From positions 215,008-279,007 of the forward strand of contig JAAOMT010000603.1 in assembly GCA_016748015.1 (NCBI GenBank): DNA of 64,000 nucleotides, read 5' to 3'. The DNA is from Geosiphon pyriformis uo1 (Eukaryota > Fungi > Glomeromycota). Position numbers and translations under genes: made by a program. A model generated the notes under the pieces. The model was not told the origin of the DNA. It ran no database searches and saw only the letters and a program-made list of their open reading frames with translations. Shown piece after piece: positions 1 to 13,480 of this stretch; the stretch's first letter is position 1, and every line of letters starts with the position of its first letter.

Positions 1-3000
1 TTAGGCCATTCTTTTCTATGTATGCATGATGCTTAGCATGGACCAACCAAATGTCATCCCTGAAAGCAACACAAATAGAGCATACAAAATCAGCAATTTT
101 AACGCCAGCAATTTTGGGATTACGGAAGATGGAAACAGCCTCCTGAAGCCATCCTTTGAAAACAAAACCCTTGTAAAGAGCCAAGAACACCAGAAAATCT
201 GAAGCACAGGTCAACAGCAGCTGTAAAACGCTTAAAGAAGGGAGGAAGAGACCAGAAAGCACCATTCAAGAAGACATACAGGATTCCAAAACCCGACGAT
301 GAGCCGCACCATCAATTATACAAGAAAACACATAATTAGACATCTTCATCTCACCACAATACAGACACAAAACACTAGGGTAACATTTATCATAAACGCG
401 CTTTCGAACAGCCACGGGAAGCTGATGGTGCAAAGCTTTCATGAAGTAAGTACAAATATCAGCAGTGCGCCTGCTGGTGAAACCAGCCACCATATGCAAA
501 TCAGGGTACCAAACTCTAAAAGAGGCAAGCCAATCGACATCCGAGTGCAAATTACCAGCTAGAAACCCAGAACCAGAACCAACCTCTCAGCATGCCCAAC
601 AAACAGCATGAAAAACATCTTGAACAAAGTGTCTAAAATTACCAGAAACAATACCACCATCTGCCAACAAAAAATGTTCATCCACACAAGGAGGAAGAAG
701 CCAAACAGAGAGAGCTGCAGCATCAGCGATGCTATCAGCGCAATCATTTCCCAACACACCAGAGTGGCTCTTAACCTTGTGCCAGCTAATCCTCAAATTT
801 TTTTTGTGGATAATATTCTTAATATGCTGGCACTCAACTCAACACCGATTTCAAAAGTCAGAATACATCAAGTTCACCTCCAACTTGCAAGCATCCAAAG
901 CTGCCTGGCTATCTGAAAACAGGCAAACAGAATGATCTACAGACATGCACTCCAGAGCCAATGCTACAGCCTGCAACTCCACCAAAGTAAACGACATCAA
1001 ACCCTGAACACAGACACCCAAACCCAAGTTAATGTCCTCAAAAAAAGCAGCAGCTCCGGTCCTACAACCAGCCATGTCCAAATTTTTCACTGACCCATCC
1101 ATATACACAGACAAACTATCAGCGCTAATCCAAGAAAGATGATCACATACAGACACAAAATCATCAGAACCACAAATGTCCATAGGGCCAACACCACCCG
1201 AAGCCAAAGGAGAGGAAAATGCACCATTGAGGAATACAACAAAGTGCCCGAACCACTCAAGAACTGGACCACGAGGATCCAGTTTCTTCCATCACTTAAA
1301 AATGTACCAATCAAAAATATTCTCATGACAATCTTGAAGCTGATCCACAAAGGCAATGCCATAATGCCAAAGAAAAGACAAGTACTTGAAAAACAAGGAT
1401 TCGCCCAGAACAGCAGATATGGGCACCTCATCACGAAACCAAAAAGAGCTGGCCAAAGAGCCACCTAAAGACAAATTGCATTCAAGAAGAATGCGTACCA
1501 AACCTGACAAGAAATTATTGGAAACACTGACATAGATACGAGCCGGTGAACTCAATGGATGAATGGGGCGCCAACACAGAACTTGCAAGTCATAAGATCT
1601 GTGACTAAACAATTGACCCAGAACCCCGCAGGTGTTTGCAAAACTAATAAGTGAAGCAATCTTGCTTTCAGACTGACATTGTGAGAAGAACTTCAAACCA
1701 TAAAAGAAAGGATGATGAATTATGTTACTAGGAAAATTGAGAGGAAGACCAGATTTAAGTTTCAAACCCTTGCAAATCAGAGCATTCCACTTGTTGTACA
1801 CACTGACAGGGATAAAGCTGAACTGTGTCCTGTAGCTGACTATAGGATAGAGAACAGCCAACACCAGGTACAAGAACTGCTTATCTGAAACTGCTTTTTT
1901 TAGAACCAAATTGCTGAAAAAACGAACATCCGAATGCGTCTTAGCCAAACTAGGCTTAGAAAGACCATCAGATAAAAGAAAGATGCCAAGATACTGATGA
2001 GATTTGCCTTTTTTGGCTATGGAAATGGGTAAACTACTAATAAAAAGAGATGGGTTGCTGATCCTGTTATTAATAGAAATGGCCACAGTTTTATCATTGT
2101 TGATTGAAATGTCATTAATCCGAAAAAATTCACTAGCAACATTGAGAATATGTTGAGTAGCAGTCTGACTGCTGCCAATCCAAATTGTGTTATTGACAAA
2201 GGCCTTAGCAGTAAAAAAAGTAGAAAACCCAGTCTGAGATTCAGCACAACCATTCCTAGAGACAAAATGAGAATTGAGTCTATACTCATACACACTCTCC
2301 TGACACTTGACCTCACACAAAAGAGGATCATAAAATATGTGCCAAAGAAGAGGAGAAAAAACTTCTCCTTGGTCCAACCCATCATGTACACTATAACCAT
2401 TAGTTAAACCAAAATCTGTTATAACCTGATTGGTCCAATTTCTATGAATATTACCGAAAAAATGAATAAACTTGCTACACATTTTGATCCTAACCAAACA
2501 CTTCTCGAGATGCTCCCATCCAACAGAGTCATACGCTTTTCGCATATTCTGCAGCACCAGCCAGAGCTCCCAGTTCTTCTCCAAAGCATCCTTAACAACC
2601 GAACCAATAGCAAAAATAGGAGTTTGGGAAGTTGTACCCTTCAAAACTGAAAAATTATCCCCATAAAGAACATCATGAGCACTGCACGCCAGCGATATCC
2701 TGTTGGAGAGAATCTTGGAAAGGATTTTGTGAGCCGTCTCAATCAAGGCTATAGGTCTGGTATTTGTGAGAACACCTTTCCATTCATATGGTTTAGGGAT
2801 CATTGAAACCCAAGCTTCCCTCCAAGAACCAGGCACAGATTCATGAAACAGACAAGAATTCAGAAGCACCAAGAGCATATCCAGAACAGACCTATTATTA
2901 TGCATCCACAGCTCATTCAAAATACCCAAAAGACCAGCAGTCTTGCCAATAGGCAAATTAAAAATCACATCAAACAATTCCAAAAACCCAATTGGCTGCA

Positions 3001-4504
3001 TAACACCAAAAAAAGCCTCATCAAAAATGTAATCCAATGGCCGATACTGACAGTGCCACACATCAGAGACATTGGGAACCACTCTACGTTTCCTAGTCCA
3101 TCCTTCCATGATTTCATCCACCCTTAATCTCACAAGACCAGGTTCCATAACCAGCTCATTGTCAACGACCAAGTGATCTAAGATGACCTTATGGGAAGAG
3201 CACTCCAGAATGCTCTGAATAGTGTGACCCTTGTTCAGCTCGAAACTTTCCATCCTTTTATGGATTGCTGATTTGATTTGAGATTCCTCTACATGCTTCG
3301 ATTCTGCCATTTTAAGTGAGCAATAAGTTTTTCTGATCTTGGAAAGAGCTGACCAAACAGTATCAAGAGGAGAGCTGGAGAGAAAGAGAGACCTAACTAC
3401 AGAGGCATTATCATCATCAAGAGAACCCCAGACTTCCAACAGTAAAATGAATTCGTCACAACAAATCGATCAAGAAGCTTTAACCAGCTTCGATATCAAA
3501 AGTTCTAACTTATGAAATTTGGATGATTCCTTAATGAAGACACTATCACAGTTCTTAAATCATTTTCTCTTGAACACCTTATTAGCTGAAAGAACCATTA
3601 TTTTGTGAACAATGTCCTACATCGTATCCAAATCTGAGAATTGCTGGGAAGCAATAAATTTATCAGAGAACATGGCGGCATTAACTGCCATAGCACCCTT
3701 GAACTTGTTCTATTTTGTATCATCAGCACCCTTAAAATTAAACTTCCAACAATCTCTATTCGCCTGTTTGCAAAGAGAGTTCAATTGCATGTCCAATAAA
3801 CCATCTAAATCCAAAGACACGGAAACAGCCTGATGGTCTGTTTCGAAATGTTTACCAACATCTGAGACACTGCGGTGTACTATCACATTAACCAAATTTG
3901 AAGAAACTAACACGTAGTCAATCATTTTTTTAACATCTCTAGAGTTTGCCCAAGTAGGCAATTTCACAGCCAGGCTTCCTACCAAAAAATTTGCCAGACC
4001 CAAATTAAGGCACTTCCTAAAACTTGCACATTTACGAAAACTATTCTTATTGAAATCACCACCAAGAACAATGAAAAAAGATTTATTGACAGTCTTTGCA
4101 ATGAGAGAGTTGATCTTACCAGCCTGAGAAAACCAAACCACCAGAGAAGCACCAACATAAAGCCCCAGAATTGACACAAAAAGTTTACCCTTGAAAAGTA
4201 ATTTAACAGACAGAAGCCAACCAGGCACCTCAGAAACCTTGCACACATGATGAGCCAAAGAAATGTCCATGATAACAGCAACACCTGCACCCAAGTAACC
4301 AGAGTCTGAACCAGAAATAAACACTCAGACACCATCAAACTTATCTGCAATCCACAGACAAACCTTACTCCTTAATTTCATTTCAGTAATGATAGAGACT
4401 AAATTGTTCATTTTCTTATGCCACCTAATAACATCCTTCTGCTTAGCAGGATTGTTCATGCCTTTGACATTGCACGTAGCAACTTTCCAGACTAAACTGC
4501 TCAT
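1..4504 (-). pseudogene. LINE copy A ORF2 (endonuclease, reverse transcriptase, RNase H), disrupted
   Basis: Starts MSSLVWKVATCNV at 4504. A 715-codon RT fragment spans 1292-3439. RNase H motifs are VYMDGS, ELQAVALAL, FSDSQAAL and WHKVKSHSGVLGNDCAD. The RT catalytic DD is mutated to NN. Confidence 0.88.
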
Positions 4505-6295
4505 TGAGTGAGGGATAGAAACACCAAACATGTATCTAAACTATCCACTTTGGCCAAAAGGTCCAGAACCATTTCCATTAGACACCTCATGCTGTTTTCT
4601 AGCTTAGACACTGAAGACATATCAAAAGACTCCACTCCCACGACAGTCCCACTACTAGTGGACACACCCAAGCCCCCATTCATCACTACATCCGCCCCTT
4701 GATCCTGTGATAAAGAGGTCACCAATAGCTGACATCCAGGGCTAGGCTGAGGAACCATTGGCCCGAGTGCATCCAACTTCTTAGCCAGCTTACCAACTTG
4801 TTCTGCGAGGCAGGCGAGACTGTGCTCAAGAACGGCGAACCTATTGTTGACCTCCATCATAACTGGCAGGGACGGCTTCATCTCTGAAAAGAAGCCATTG
4901 TCTACCAAAACCTTCTGACTAGAGAGAGGGAGCGAAGAAGACCTGCAAACAACTTTTGCCTAAGAGAGACCACCAAAAGAGACCAGACAAGCAACTGGAG
5001 CCAAGCATTTGGCATAAATGGCTACCAGCCTGCTTTTATCCGTGTCTGAGAAAGCCCTACGCAGTGAATTACCAGAAGAAAACTTCCCACCAACTACACA
5101 ACTCAATAACGTATGACCCAACTTCTCACACTTGGCGCATTTAGTAGAGATAAGATGAGACCAGTGGAGATTGGTGTTTCTAAGTACTGGCGTGGTTCCC
5201 ACGGCAGCATCCAATGATTCAGCAGAATCGAAGCAAACAACAGCACACCTGGCCCAAGCATACATAACAAAATGATAATCAATGACGCACATTTTCCCAT
5301 CCACAGATTTAACAAAATCCCAGATATCATGAAGCATTAGTCCCCATTGGCAATGTGTAGAGCAGTGCCCTATGTTGATCTCTTACATCCCATGCCTTTT
5401 TGTCTGAATCAGCCCTGGCCACATGTACAGCATCTTTCCTGATTAAAATGGACTACTCAGCTGCGACCAAATCAGCCTGATCCGTTTGCTCAAATTCTAT
5501 CACTGCCTTCTGCCACAGCCCAATTAACTGTATCTTAATCACCTTAATAACTCCAAACTCAGATAGCGCAGCACACACAGCCTCAGCTGATGTTCCAATT
5601 GGAATTTCTTTTATGACCACAGCCTGATCTGATTGCTCAGATGATTTTTTGAGATCAGTATTTACTAGGATTTTTGCATTTACAGCCTTATCAGTAGTTT
5701 TTATTAGACTCGATTCGAAAGTGAATGCCACTCTGATGATCCCTGAGAATTTTGAGAGGGTAGATGCCCCCCCAAAACCATTGATTCCAAAAAATAATTT
5801 CCTCACTACCACAAGCTTTTCTTGAGAAGAATTGCCGGCTACCTTATCCAAGCCAATATCTAACGCGAATGACTTCCTGACTGAAACATTGACCAAGTTT
5901 TTCAAAGGAGGGGGGAGCTCAAGAGGAGCATCTGAGAGAATACTATCACCATCACTATCCTTTGAGAAATCAATCTTTCCTAACGGCTTGCCCAATGTCT
6001 TCTTGGTTTTGACTTTTGAACTCGTAAGTGTTTGATCATGATCCCTACCAGCCAGAACACCACCTTCACCAAAATCAAAGCTGGTCTCTTCTACCAGACA
6101 CTCCTCTTCCATATCAATACTCTCAGACTCAGTAGTGTCCTCAGTTTCTGAACCCCATGAACAGCTCTTCTGGACTTTAGAAGCCACTTTTTTGCCACTG
6201 GAACCATTTTTCAAAACACCACCTCTTCTCTTCTTTCTCGACAAAACCATCTCAAAACCATCACCAGAACTAGAACTCTTAGCAGTCTTCTTCAT
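4501..6295 (-). pseudogene. LINE copy A ORF1 (RRM-like, CCHC knuckle, coiled coil), disrupted
   Basis: Fragments 5453-6382, 4960-5337 and 4501-4908. CAKCEKLGHTLLSC knuckle and heptad-like LEHSLACLAEQVGKLAKKLD. Likely ATG (MKKTAK) at 6295. Confidence 0.75.
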
Positions 6296-6589
6296 AATAG
6301 CAGTATTTGGGCCAACGGTGGCCTTGTAATCGAACAAAAACAGTTTAGAGATATTGTACTGAATGGTGAAAACTTCTTTCAAAAAACTTTTTAGACTCTT
6401 TTTTGGGATTTGTGGATGAATGAGAGAAAGAAGTTTTTAAAATATTTTATATTATAATATTTTTTAGTAAATTATTATTATTTTTAAAAACAAAACAAAA
6501 CATATTTTTAAATATATTTTTAATTAATTAACTTATTAAGTTATTTAATTTTAAAGATTGAACTAATCAAATAAAAATTAAATCAACTA

Positions 6590-9500
6590 TTTTTTTCTGT
6601 TTTTTGGTATTGTTTTTTGGTATTGTTTTTTTTATTTATTTATTTATTTAACTAGTGAAGTTCAAATACTACCTAGTATAATACATCAACTTAGTAATCT
6701 AAACTAGGCATGAATCATGCATTTTTCACATGTAACCAGTCATTTAAGCTAATCAAGACAATACTATGTGTCTATATGAACTGAAACTACACTATCTAAA
6801 TTTGAAAAAAACTGACAAAAATTACAAAAACCAAAACTAACACTAATGGCATCAGCAATACCCAACAATTTAACTATACCAGCAGAAAACACCAAAGAAA
6901 GCTTAAACACTGAGACCAGAACAGACCCATTATGTAAAATTAGTCCGTTTTTTTCCATAAAAGTCTGGTGTTTGACATAAGTCAACCAAACTTCCTCCCT
7001 GAATGCAAGGCCAAATTTGTGTACAAAGTTTACAACTGTTTGACCTGTAATTTCAAAATCTTTAAAAATAAAAAAAAATTTCCAATACCAATTATTGAAA
7101 ACAAATCTTTTGCTTAAAGCAACACACATGACAACATTGGAAGAACAAAAACTTAAACACTATAACACACACGAGACTGTGCAAAACAGACCAGAAATCA
7201 CCTTCCAATTGGCAGCATAGGTGTTCAGCAACTGAACATGAATATCAGAATTGAACGAGCAAGAAAAAGTGTGGTCTGAGATCTCAATATCTTTACAAAA
7301 CAAACATACTACACTCAGATAATTCTTGATATACAAACACTTATGAACAGCAACAGGAAGCCAGTGATACAAAGCCTTTATAAAGTAAGTGCGAGCTCTA
7401 GCAGTACTTCTACTAGTAAAACCAGAGGCCAAATGCAAATTAAGATGCCATACCAAGGATGACCTAAACTAATCAATGTTAGCATGCAAAGTGTCCACCA
7501 AAACTCGAGAACCAGAGCCAATCTCCTAATATGTCCAATGGACAGACTAAAATATATTACAAACAAAATGTCTAGAATTAGCAAAAACAATGCTACCACC
7601 AGCTCTAATATGACAATTAGCAATACAATAAGAGAGATACAGATTAGAAAAGCAAGCAGCCTTTGTGAAAGTATCAGCACACTCATTGCCCAAAACTTCC
7701 AAATAACCCTTGATCTTATGCCAACTGACTTCCAAATTTTTTTTATGAATAACACCCATGATGTAATGATGCTTAATTTAACACCAATTTCAGAAATTAG
7801 GACACAACAAGCCCAACTCCAATTTACATACATCCAAAACAAACTGACTGTCTGAGAAAATTTGAACTGAACTAAAAGAGAGAACACACTCAAGTGCCAA
7901 AACAATAGCTTGTAGTTCAGCCATAGTAAAGAACACCAATCTAGAAACTTTAACACCCAAATTCAAACCAATGTTTCCAAAGAAAACTGCTGCACCAGTC
8001 TTTATGTCTGAAGTTCTCAAACTGCTAAGAAAACTATCTGTATAAACAGAAAGACAACCAGCATTAACACTTAACAAATAGTTACAAATAACCCCAAATT
8101 TATAAGACTCAAGAATGTTTAACAAATTAATGTTCACCAAAAGAGGCAAACAAATGAAAGAAAAAAGAGCACCATTAAGAAAATGAACAGAAAGCTTGAA
8201 CCAGTTAGGAATTGGGTCATGCAGGTCCAATTTTTTCCACCACTTAAACGTTTTCCAATCAAAAACTGCACCAGCACAATTGTAAAGCTGTTTAGCAAAA
8301 GCAATTCCATACTGCCAAAGTGAAAAGACATTTAAAAAACTTAGGACTACTGAGAACAAAAAACAAAGAGATACCACCTCAGTAACAAAAAGCATTAGTC
8401 ATAAGATCACCCAAAGACAAATTATACTTGAAAAAGATGCAGACTACACTAGCCAAAAAATTATTTAATGAATCAACATTAACACGAAACAGAAAAAGCA
8501 AAGGATAATAAAAATTCCAGCTAAGCACTTGCAAATCATGTGACCTATATGCAAACAGACAACCCAGAATGCCAACTGAATTTGAAAACCAAACAACAGA
8601 AGCAGACTTGTCCTCAGCTTGAATCTGTTCAAAAATCTTTAAATTATACAATGAGAGATAATGAAGTACATCATTAGAAAAGTCATGTAGAAGACCAGAT
8701 TTGGACTTTAAGTTTTTGTGAATTAAAGTGTCTTACTTATTATACACACTAACAAGAACAAACCTAAATTGAGACCTATAGCTGACAATTGAGAAAAAAA
8801 CCACTAACACCAAATACAAGAACTGTTTATTAGAGATAGTTTTTTTCAACACAAAATTGGCAAAAAAATGAACATCCACATAAGTTTTAGCCAAGCTGGG
8901 CTTTAACAAGCTCTCAGTAAACAGAAAAATACCCAGGTACTAATAAAACTCCCCTTTTTTAGCAATAGAAATAGACAGACTATTAATCAACAAAAAAAAG
9001 TGTACAACTTTGCAATTAATGAGAATGGCCACAGTCTTGTCATTGTTGATTAAAATGTTATTAAGCCAAAAAAATTCACTAACAATATTGAAAATATGCT
9101 GAGTAGTAGTTTGACTGTTACCAATTCAAATTGTATCATTGACAAATACATCAGCAGCAAGAAAAGATATCAAACCAGCTTAAGATTCTAAGTGACCAGT
9201 TCTGGCAATGAAGTGCGAATTCAACTTGTACCCACATATACTTTTCTGTCTCTTGATTTCACACAACAGAGAATCATAAAATATGCACCAAAGAAAAGGT
9301 GAGAATACCTCCTCTTGGTCCAAACTATCATGCATTTAATAACTGTTTGTTAACCCAAAATCAATCATAACTTTGTTGACCCAACTGTTGTAAATGCTGC
9401 CAAAAAATCAAATGAATTTATCTCACATCTTTATTCTTACTAAGCTTTTTTTAAGATGCTTCCATCTAACAGAGTCATAAGTCTTCTGCATGTCCTATAA

Positions 9501-12500
9501 TACAAGCCATAGTTCATGGTTCTTCTCCAAGACATCTTTAATAACTGAACCAATTGCAAAAATAGGAGATTGTGTTATTGTGCCTTTTAAAACAGAAAAA
9601 TTATCCCCTCTGAAAACATCAAAAACACTGCATGCTGAAAAAATTCTGTCTGAAAGAATTTTGAAAAGGATTTTGTAAGCTATTTCAATCAAAGCAATTA
9701 GATAGGTATTCATAAAAACTCCCTTTTACTCATATAGTTTGGGGATTATTGACACCCAAACTTCTCTCCAAGACTTAAGAACAGACTCATAACACAAACA
9801 AGAATTCAAAAGCACCAAAAACATATCCAAAACTGACTTGTTACAGTGTTTTTATAATTCATTTGAGATGCCAAAAAAACCAACCGCTTTTTTATTAAGC
9901 AGATTTGAAATCACACTGAGCATCTTATTAAAACCAATTAAGCACATCACACCAGAGAAAGCATCATTAAAAATGTACTCTAAAGATTAATATTAGTGAC
10001 ACCAGTTATTAGAAATATCAGTTGTCATCACATGCTTCCTAGTCCACTTCTCTATAATTACATCCACTTTGGCCTTAACCAGATCAAGATCCAGAACCAA
10101 TTCATCATTAACAACCAGATAATTCAGAGTAATCTTGCAAAAAAAATACTCTAATACACTCCTAATAGTATAACTCTTGTTTAACTTAAAGCTTTCCATC
10201 CTTTTATTGATTGATGACCTGATTTGAGAAACTCTAGCACACTCCAATTCCGACATCTTAGAAAAATGATAAAACTTCTTAACTTTAGCCAAAACTGAAC
10301 AAATAGTGTCAAAATGAAAACCCAAAAGAAAGAAAAACTCTACCACAGAAACATTAACTGCATTCAAACTGTGTTATTTAACAAGCAAAAATACAAACTT
10401 CTTACTAGAAATCAGATGAAAGGCCTTAACAATTTTAGACACCAAAAGCTTCAGCTTGTAAAACCTAGACAACCCCTTTGTAAAAACACTGTTATAGCTC
10501 TTAGATTATTTTCTCTTAAAAACTGTATCAGCTGATAGACACACCACTCTGTGAAGTGTATTTCATATTACATCCAAGTCCGAGTGCTTTCCAGATGCAA
10601 AAAACTTATTATAAAACATAATAGCATTCACTGTCATATTTTCTTTAAACTTAACTCACTTGATATCATCTATATCTCTGTAGTCAAATTTTCAACAATC
10701 CCTATTTGTTTGCTTGTAAAAGAAGTTTAGCTGCATATCAAGCAATCTACCTAAACTCACTAATATGGAAACAGTCTGATAATCAGTATTAAAAAATTTT
10801 CTAACATTAAACACATTATGATCTACCACAGCATTAACCAAGTTCAAAAAAATGAACAAAAAATTAATTGTCTTAGCCACACCCTGAGAGTTAGCTTATG
10901 TTGGCATTTTTACATAAGAATTTCTACTCAAAGAATTGACCAAACCAAGATCCAGACACTTTTTGAAACTGGCACATTTATGAGAACTATCCTCATTAAA
11001 TTTGTCATCCAAAACAATAAAAGAGAATTTATTCATGGCTTAAGCAATCATAGAATTAACATTACCAGCTTGGGAGAATCAAACCACAGGAGAAGTATCA
11101 ACATAGAGCCCCAGAATCAAAACAGAAAGTTTATTTTTGAAGAATAACTTGAGAAAGAGGAGCCAACCAAATATTTCAGAAACCTTATACACATGTCTTA
11201 TCAATAAATTGTCCATGATAATTGCAATACCAGAACCCAAATGACCAGAGTCTAAACCAGAAGTAAAGACCCAAACACCATTAAACTTATCCATAATCTA
11301 TGGGTAGACTTTATTCTTCAACTTAGTTTCAGTAACAACAGAAATCAAATTGTTTACTTCTTTATGCCAATGAATTATATCAGCCTGTTTCACAGAATTG
11401 TTTATACTCTTAAAATTACATGTGGCAATTTTCCAAACCAAATCACTTATTGAAAATTGGAGGAAACTGACAAATTCAAGCCAGAACACAAACAATTCAA
11501 TCTTACCAAAACTGAATTAACTGACACATCTAACACCACTATTTTAGACTCCAAACTACCTACTTTAGTGGTTAAAATTTTAGAACTACTAGAGCTGAAA
11601 CCAGACATCTCAATATTAACACTAGTGAAAAGAAGAACAAATGGCACCAACACATCATCTATGGCCATATTTGAATCCAAACCTGATTCCAAAAATACAA
11701 AAGCAACAAAAGAGGGGGTAAAAGGTAAAAGTGCCAAAAACACCAATTCAACGAGACTTAACTTTTTTAAGATACCAGAAACTTGGTCTGACAAGAGCTC
11801 TACAAAGCATTCTAAAGAAGCCAAACAGTCATACAAGTTAGAATTACTAGGGGAAGCAAGAATTGCAGAAAAGATTCCAATACCAGAAGATAAACTAGTA
11901 CCAGAAAAAAATGAAAAAACCACATATAAAGGAGAGCCACCAGCAACTTGGGCCCAAGTTTTACCACCAAAAGAAACCAGGTGGACAATTAGAGCCTGCT
12001 TCTTCTTATATATATTGGCTAAACAAATCTGATTATAAGCAGTCACCACCCACCTATTACAAACACCTGAATTCTCACCTAAAAAACAATCACTAAAGAT
12101 GTGACCAAATTGTTTACACAATGCACAGCAAACCAAAGAGAGACCAGCCCAGTGCAAATTCATATTCTTAAATACTGGAGTAGAACCAATAACAGCCAAT
12201 TTGGATGCTTTATCAGCAAAACACAGAATTACACATTTATTATGCACATATAAACCAGGATTATGGCCAATGAAGCAAGTTTTTCTATCATATAAATCCA
12301 GCAAATCTAATAAATCATAAGCTGTGATACCAATTGGAAAGTATAATAATAATCTTTCAGTACTCATGTTTATTTGTTATCAATAACCTTTGTTATACAC
12401 ACAAAGTTTTTTTCTATGAAAACAGACTATTTAGCTGTGACCAAATCAGCTAATTCAGATGATTTATATTCCACAAAAGCTTTTTGCCACAAATCAATTA

Positions 12501-13480
12501 ATTGTATCTTGATTGACACAATCTTGCCAAACTTGGAAAAAACAAATTTCACAGCCAATTTGGGAAGATTAACAGGAATCTTCTTGACAACAATTTCTCA
12601 ATCTGAGCATTTGTTTATTTGTCTAACATTATTATTAACTAAAATATTCTTACTAATAGTTAATTCTTTTGTCTTTTTCAAACTTAATTTGGATGTAAGA
12701 ACTTTGAGAGAGTTAAAGCTCTTCCAAAACCATCCACTTAATAAAAGATTTTTTTTACTGAAATTAACTTATCACTAATAGACTTGCCAAATACTACAAA
12801 AAACTCAATATTAAGTGCAAAAAATTTTGTCAAATTGAAACTCTGCCTTTCTGGGACATATAACTCGAGTGACAGCAACTGATTGGATCCAACAATTACA
12901 CAAAAAGGAAGTTTTAATGCTTCATTATTGTCACTCATATGTCTAAATACAGGCCATTTTGGTGGGTTGTCTAACATGTATGTTCAAATGTGAGTTTTTT
13001 TCAGAGTAGTATCATTCATATTATCATCCTCACCTGATTCTGTGTAATTGGTTTTTTCAGCAACTGTGTTTGTCATATTTTCAACATCCAAAAGTCCAGT
13101 TACACTGCTATTAACACTGCCAACTTCATTATCTCACAATATTACAGACTTTCCACTAAAGACACCAATATCAATAAGATTTAACAGGCCAGCAGATAAG
13201 TTAACCACACTGATATTCACAATAGACTTTTTTAGTTTTTTATAAGACACATTTCAGAAGTAAATGCTTTCTACACATTTGCTCTTAGCACTTGAGTGAA
13301 TCTCCAAACTAGCCAAGTTTAAACCAAAACCATCAGCAGAAGCATTCACTAGATCCATAACAACAAAAGGAGAAAAGTCAAAAAAAATAATTAAAGAGGA
13401 GACAAGGAGAAAAAGAAAAAAAACTAAATAAATCTTTGATAAAATTTTGCTTTTGTTGTGGTCAAGAGATCGACAAGAGA
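6590..13480 (-). mobile_element. LINE copy B, same broad family, near full length and more heavily decayed
   Basis: Same domain order and homologous peptides as copy A (LVWKIATCN, IALIEIAYKIL, YTDSFL, WHKIKG, CLFCKDIEISDHTFSC). ORF1 about 13358-11447 and ORF2 about 11450-6764. The plus-strand T-rich/(TTTA)n tract at 6590-6650 fits an A-rich 3' tail. Confidence 0.88.

Larger units (their letters stand above)
1..6430 (-). mobile_element. Non-LTR retrotransposon (LINE; APE-RT-RNase H), copy A, degenerate, 3' end runs off the window
   Basis: ORF fragments occur in LINE order: ORF1, APE (TCNVKGMNN, GGDFN, IDYVLV, TDHQAV), RT (RPIALIE, NMRKAYDSV, GLDQGEVFSPLLW, AFVNNT), RNase H, then a C-terminal Cys knuckle. 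Many stops and frameshifts. 5' boundary approximate. Confidence 0.92.

Noticed and set aside
299-13245. Numerous plus-strand and off-frame ORFs in the LINE region
   Set aside because: Antisense or frame shadows of decayed ORF1/ORF2 with no independent motifs.
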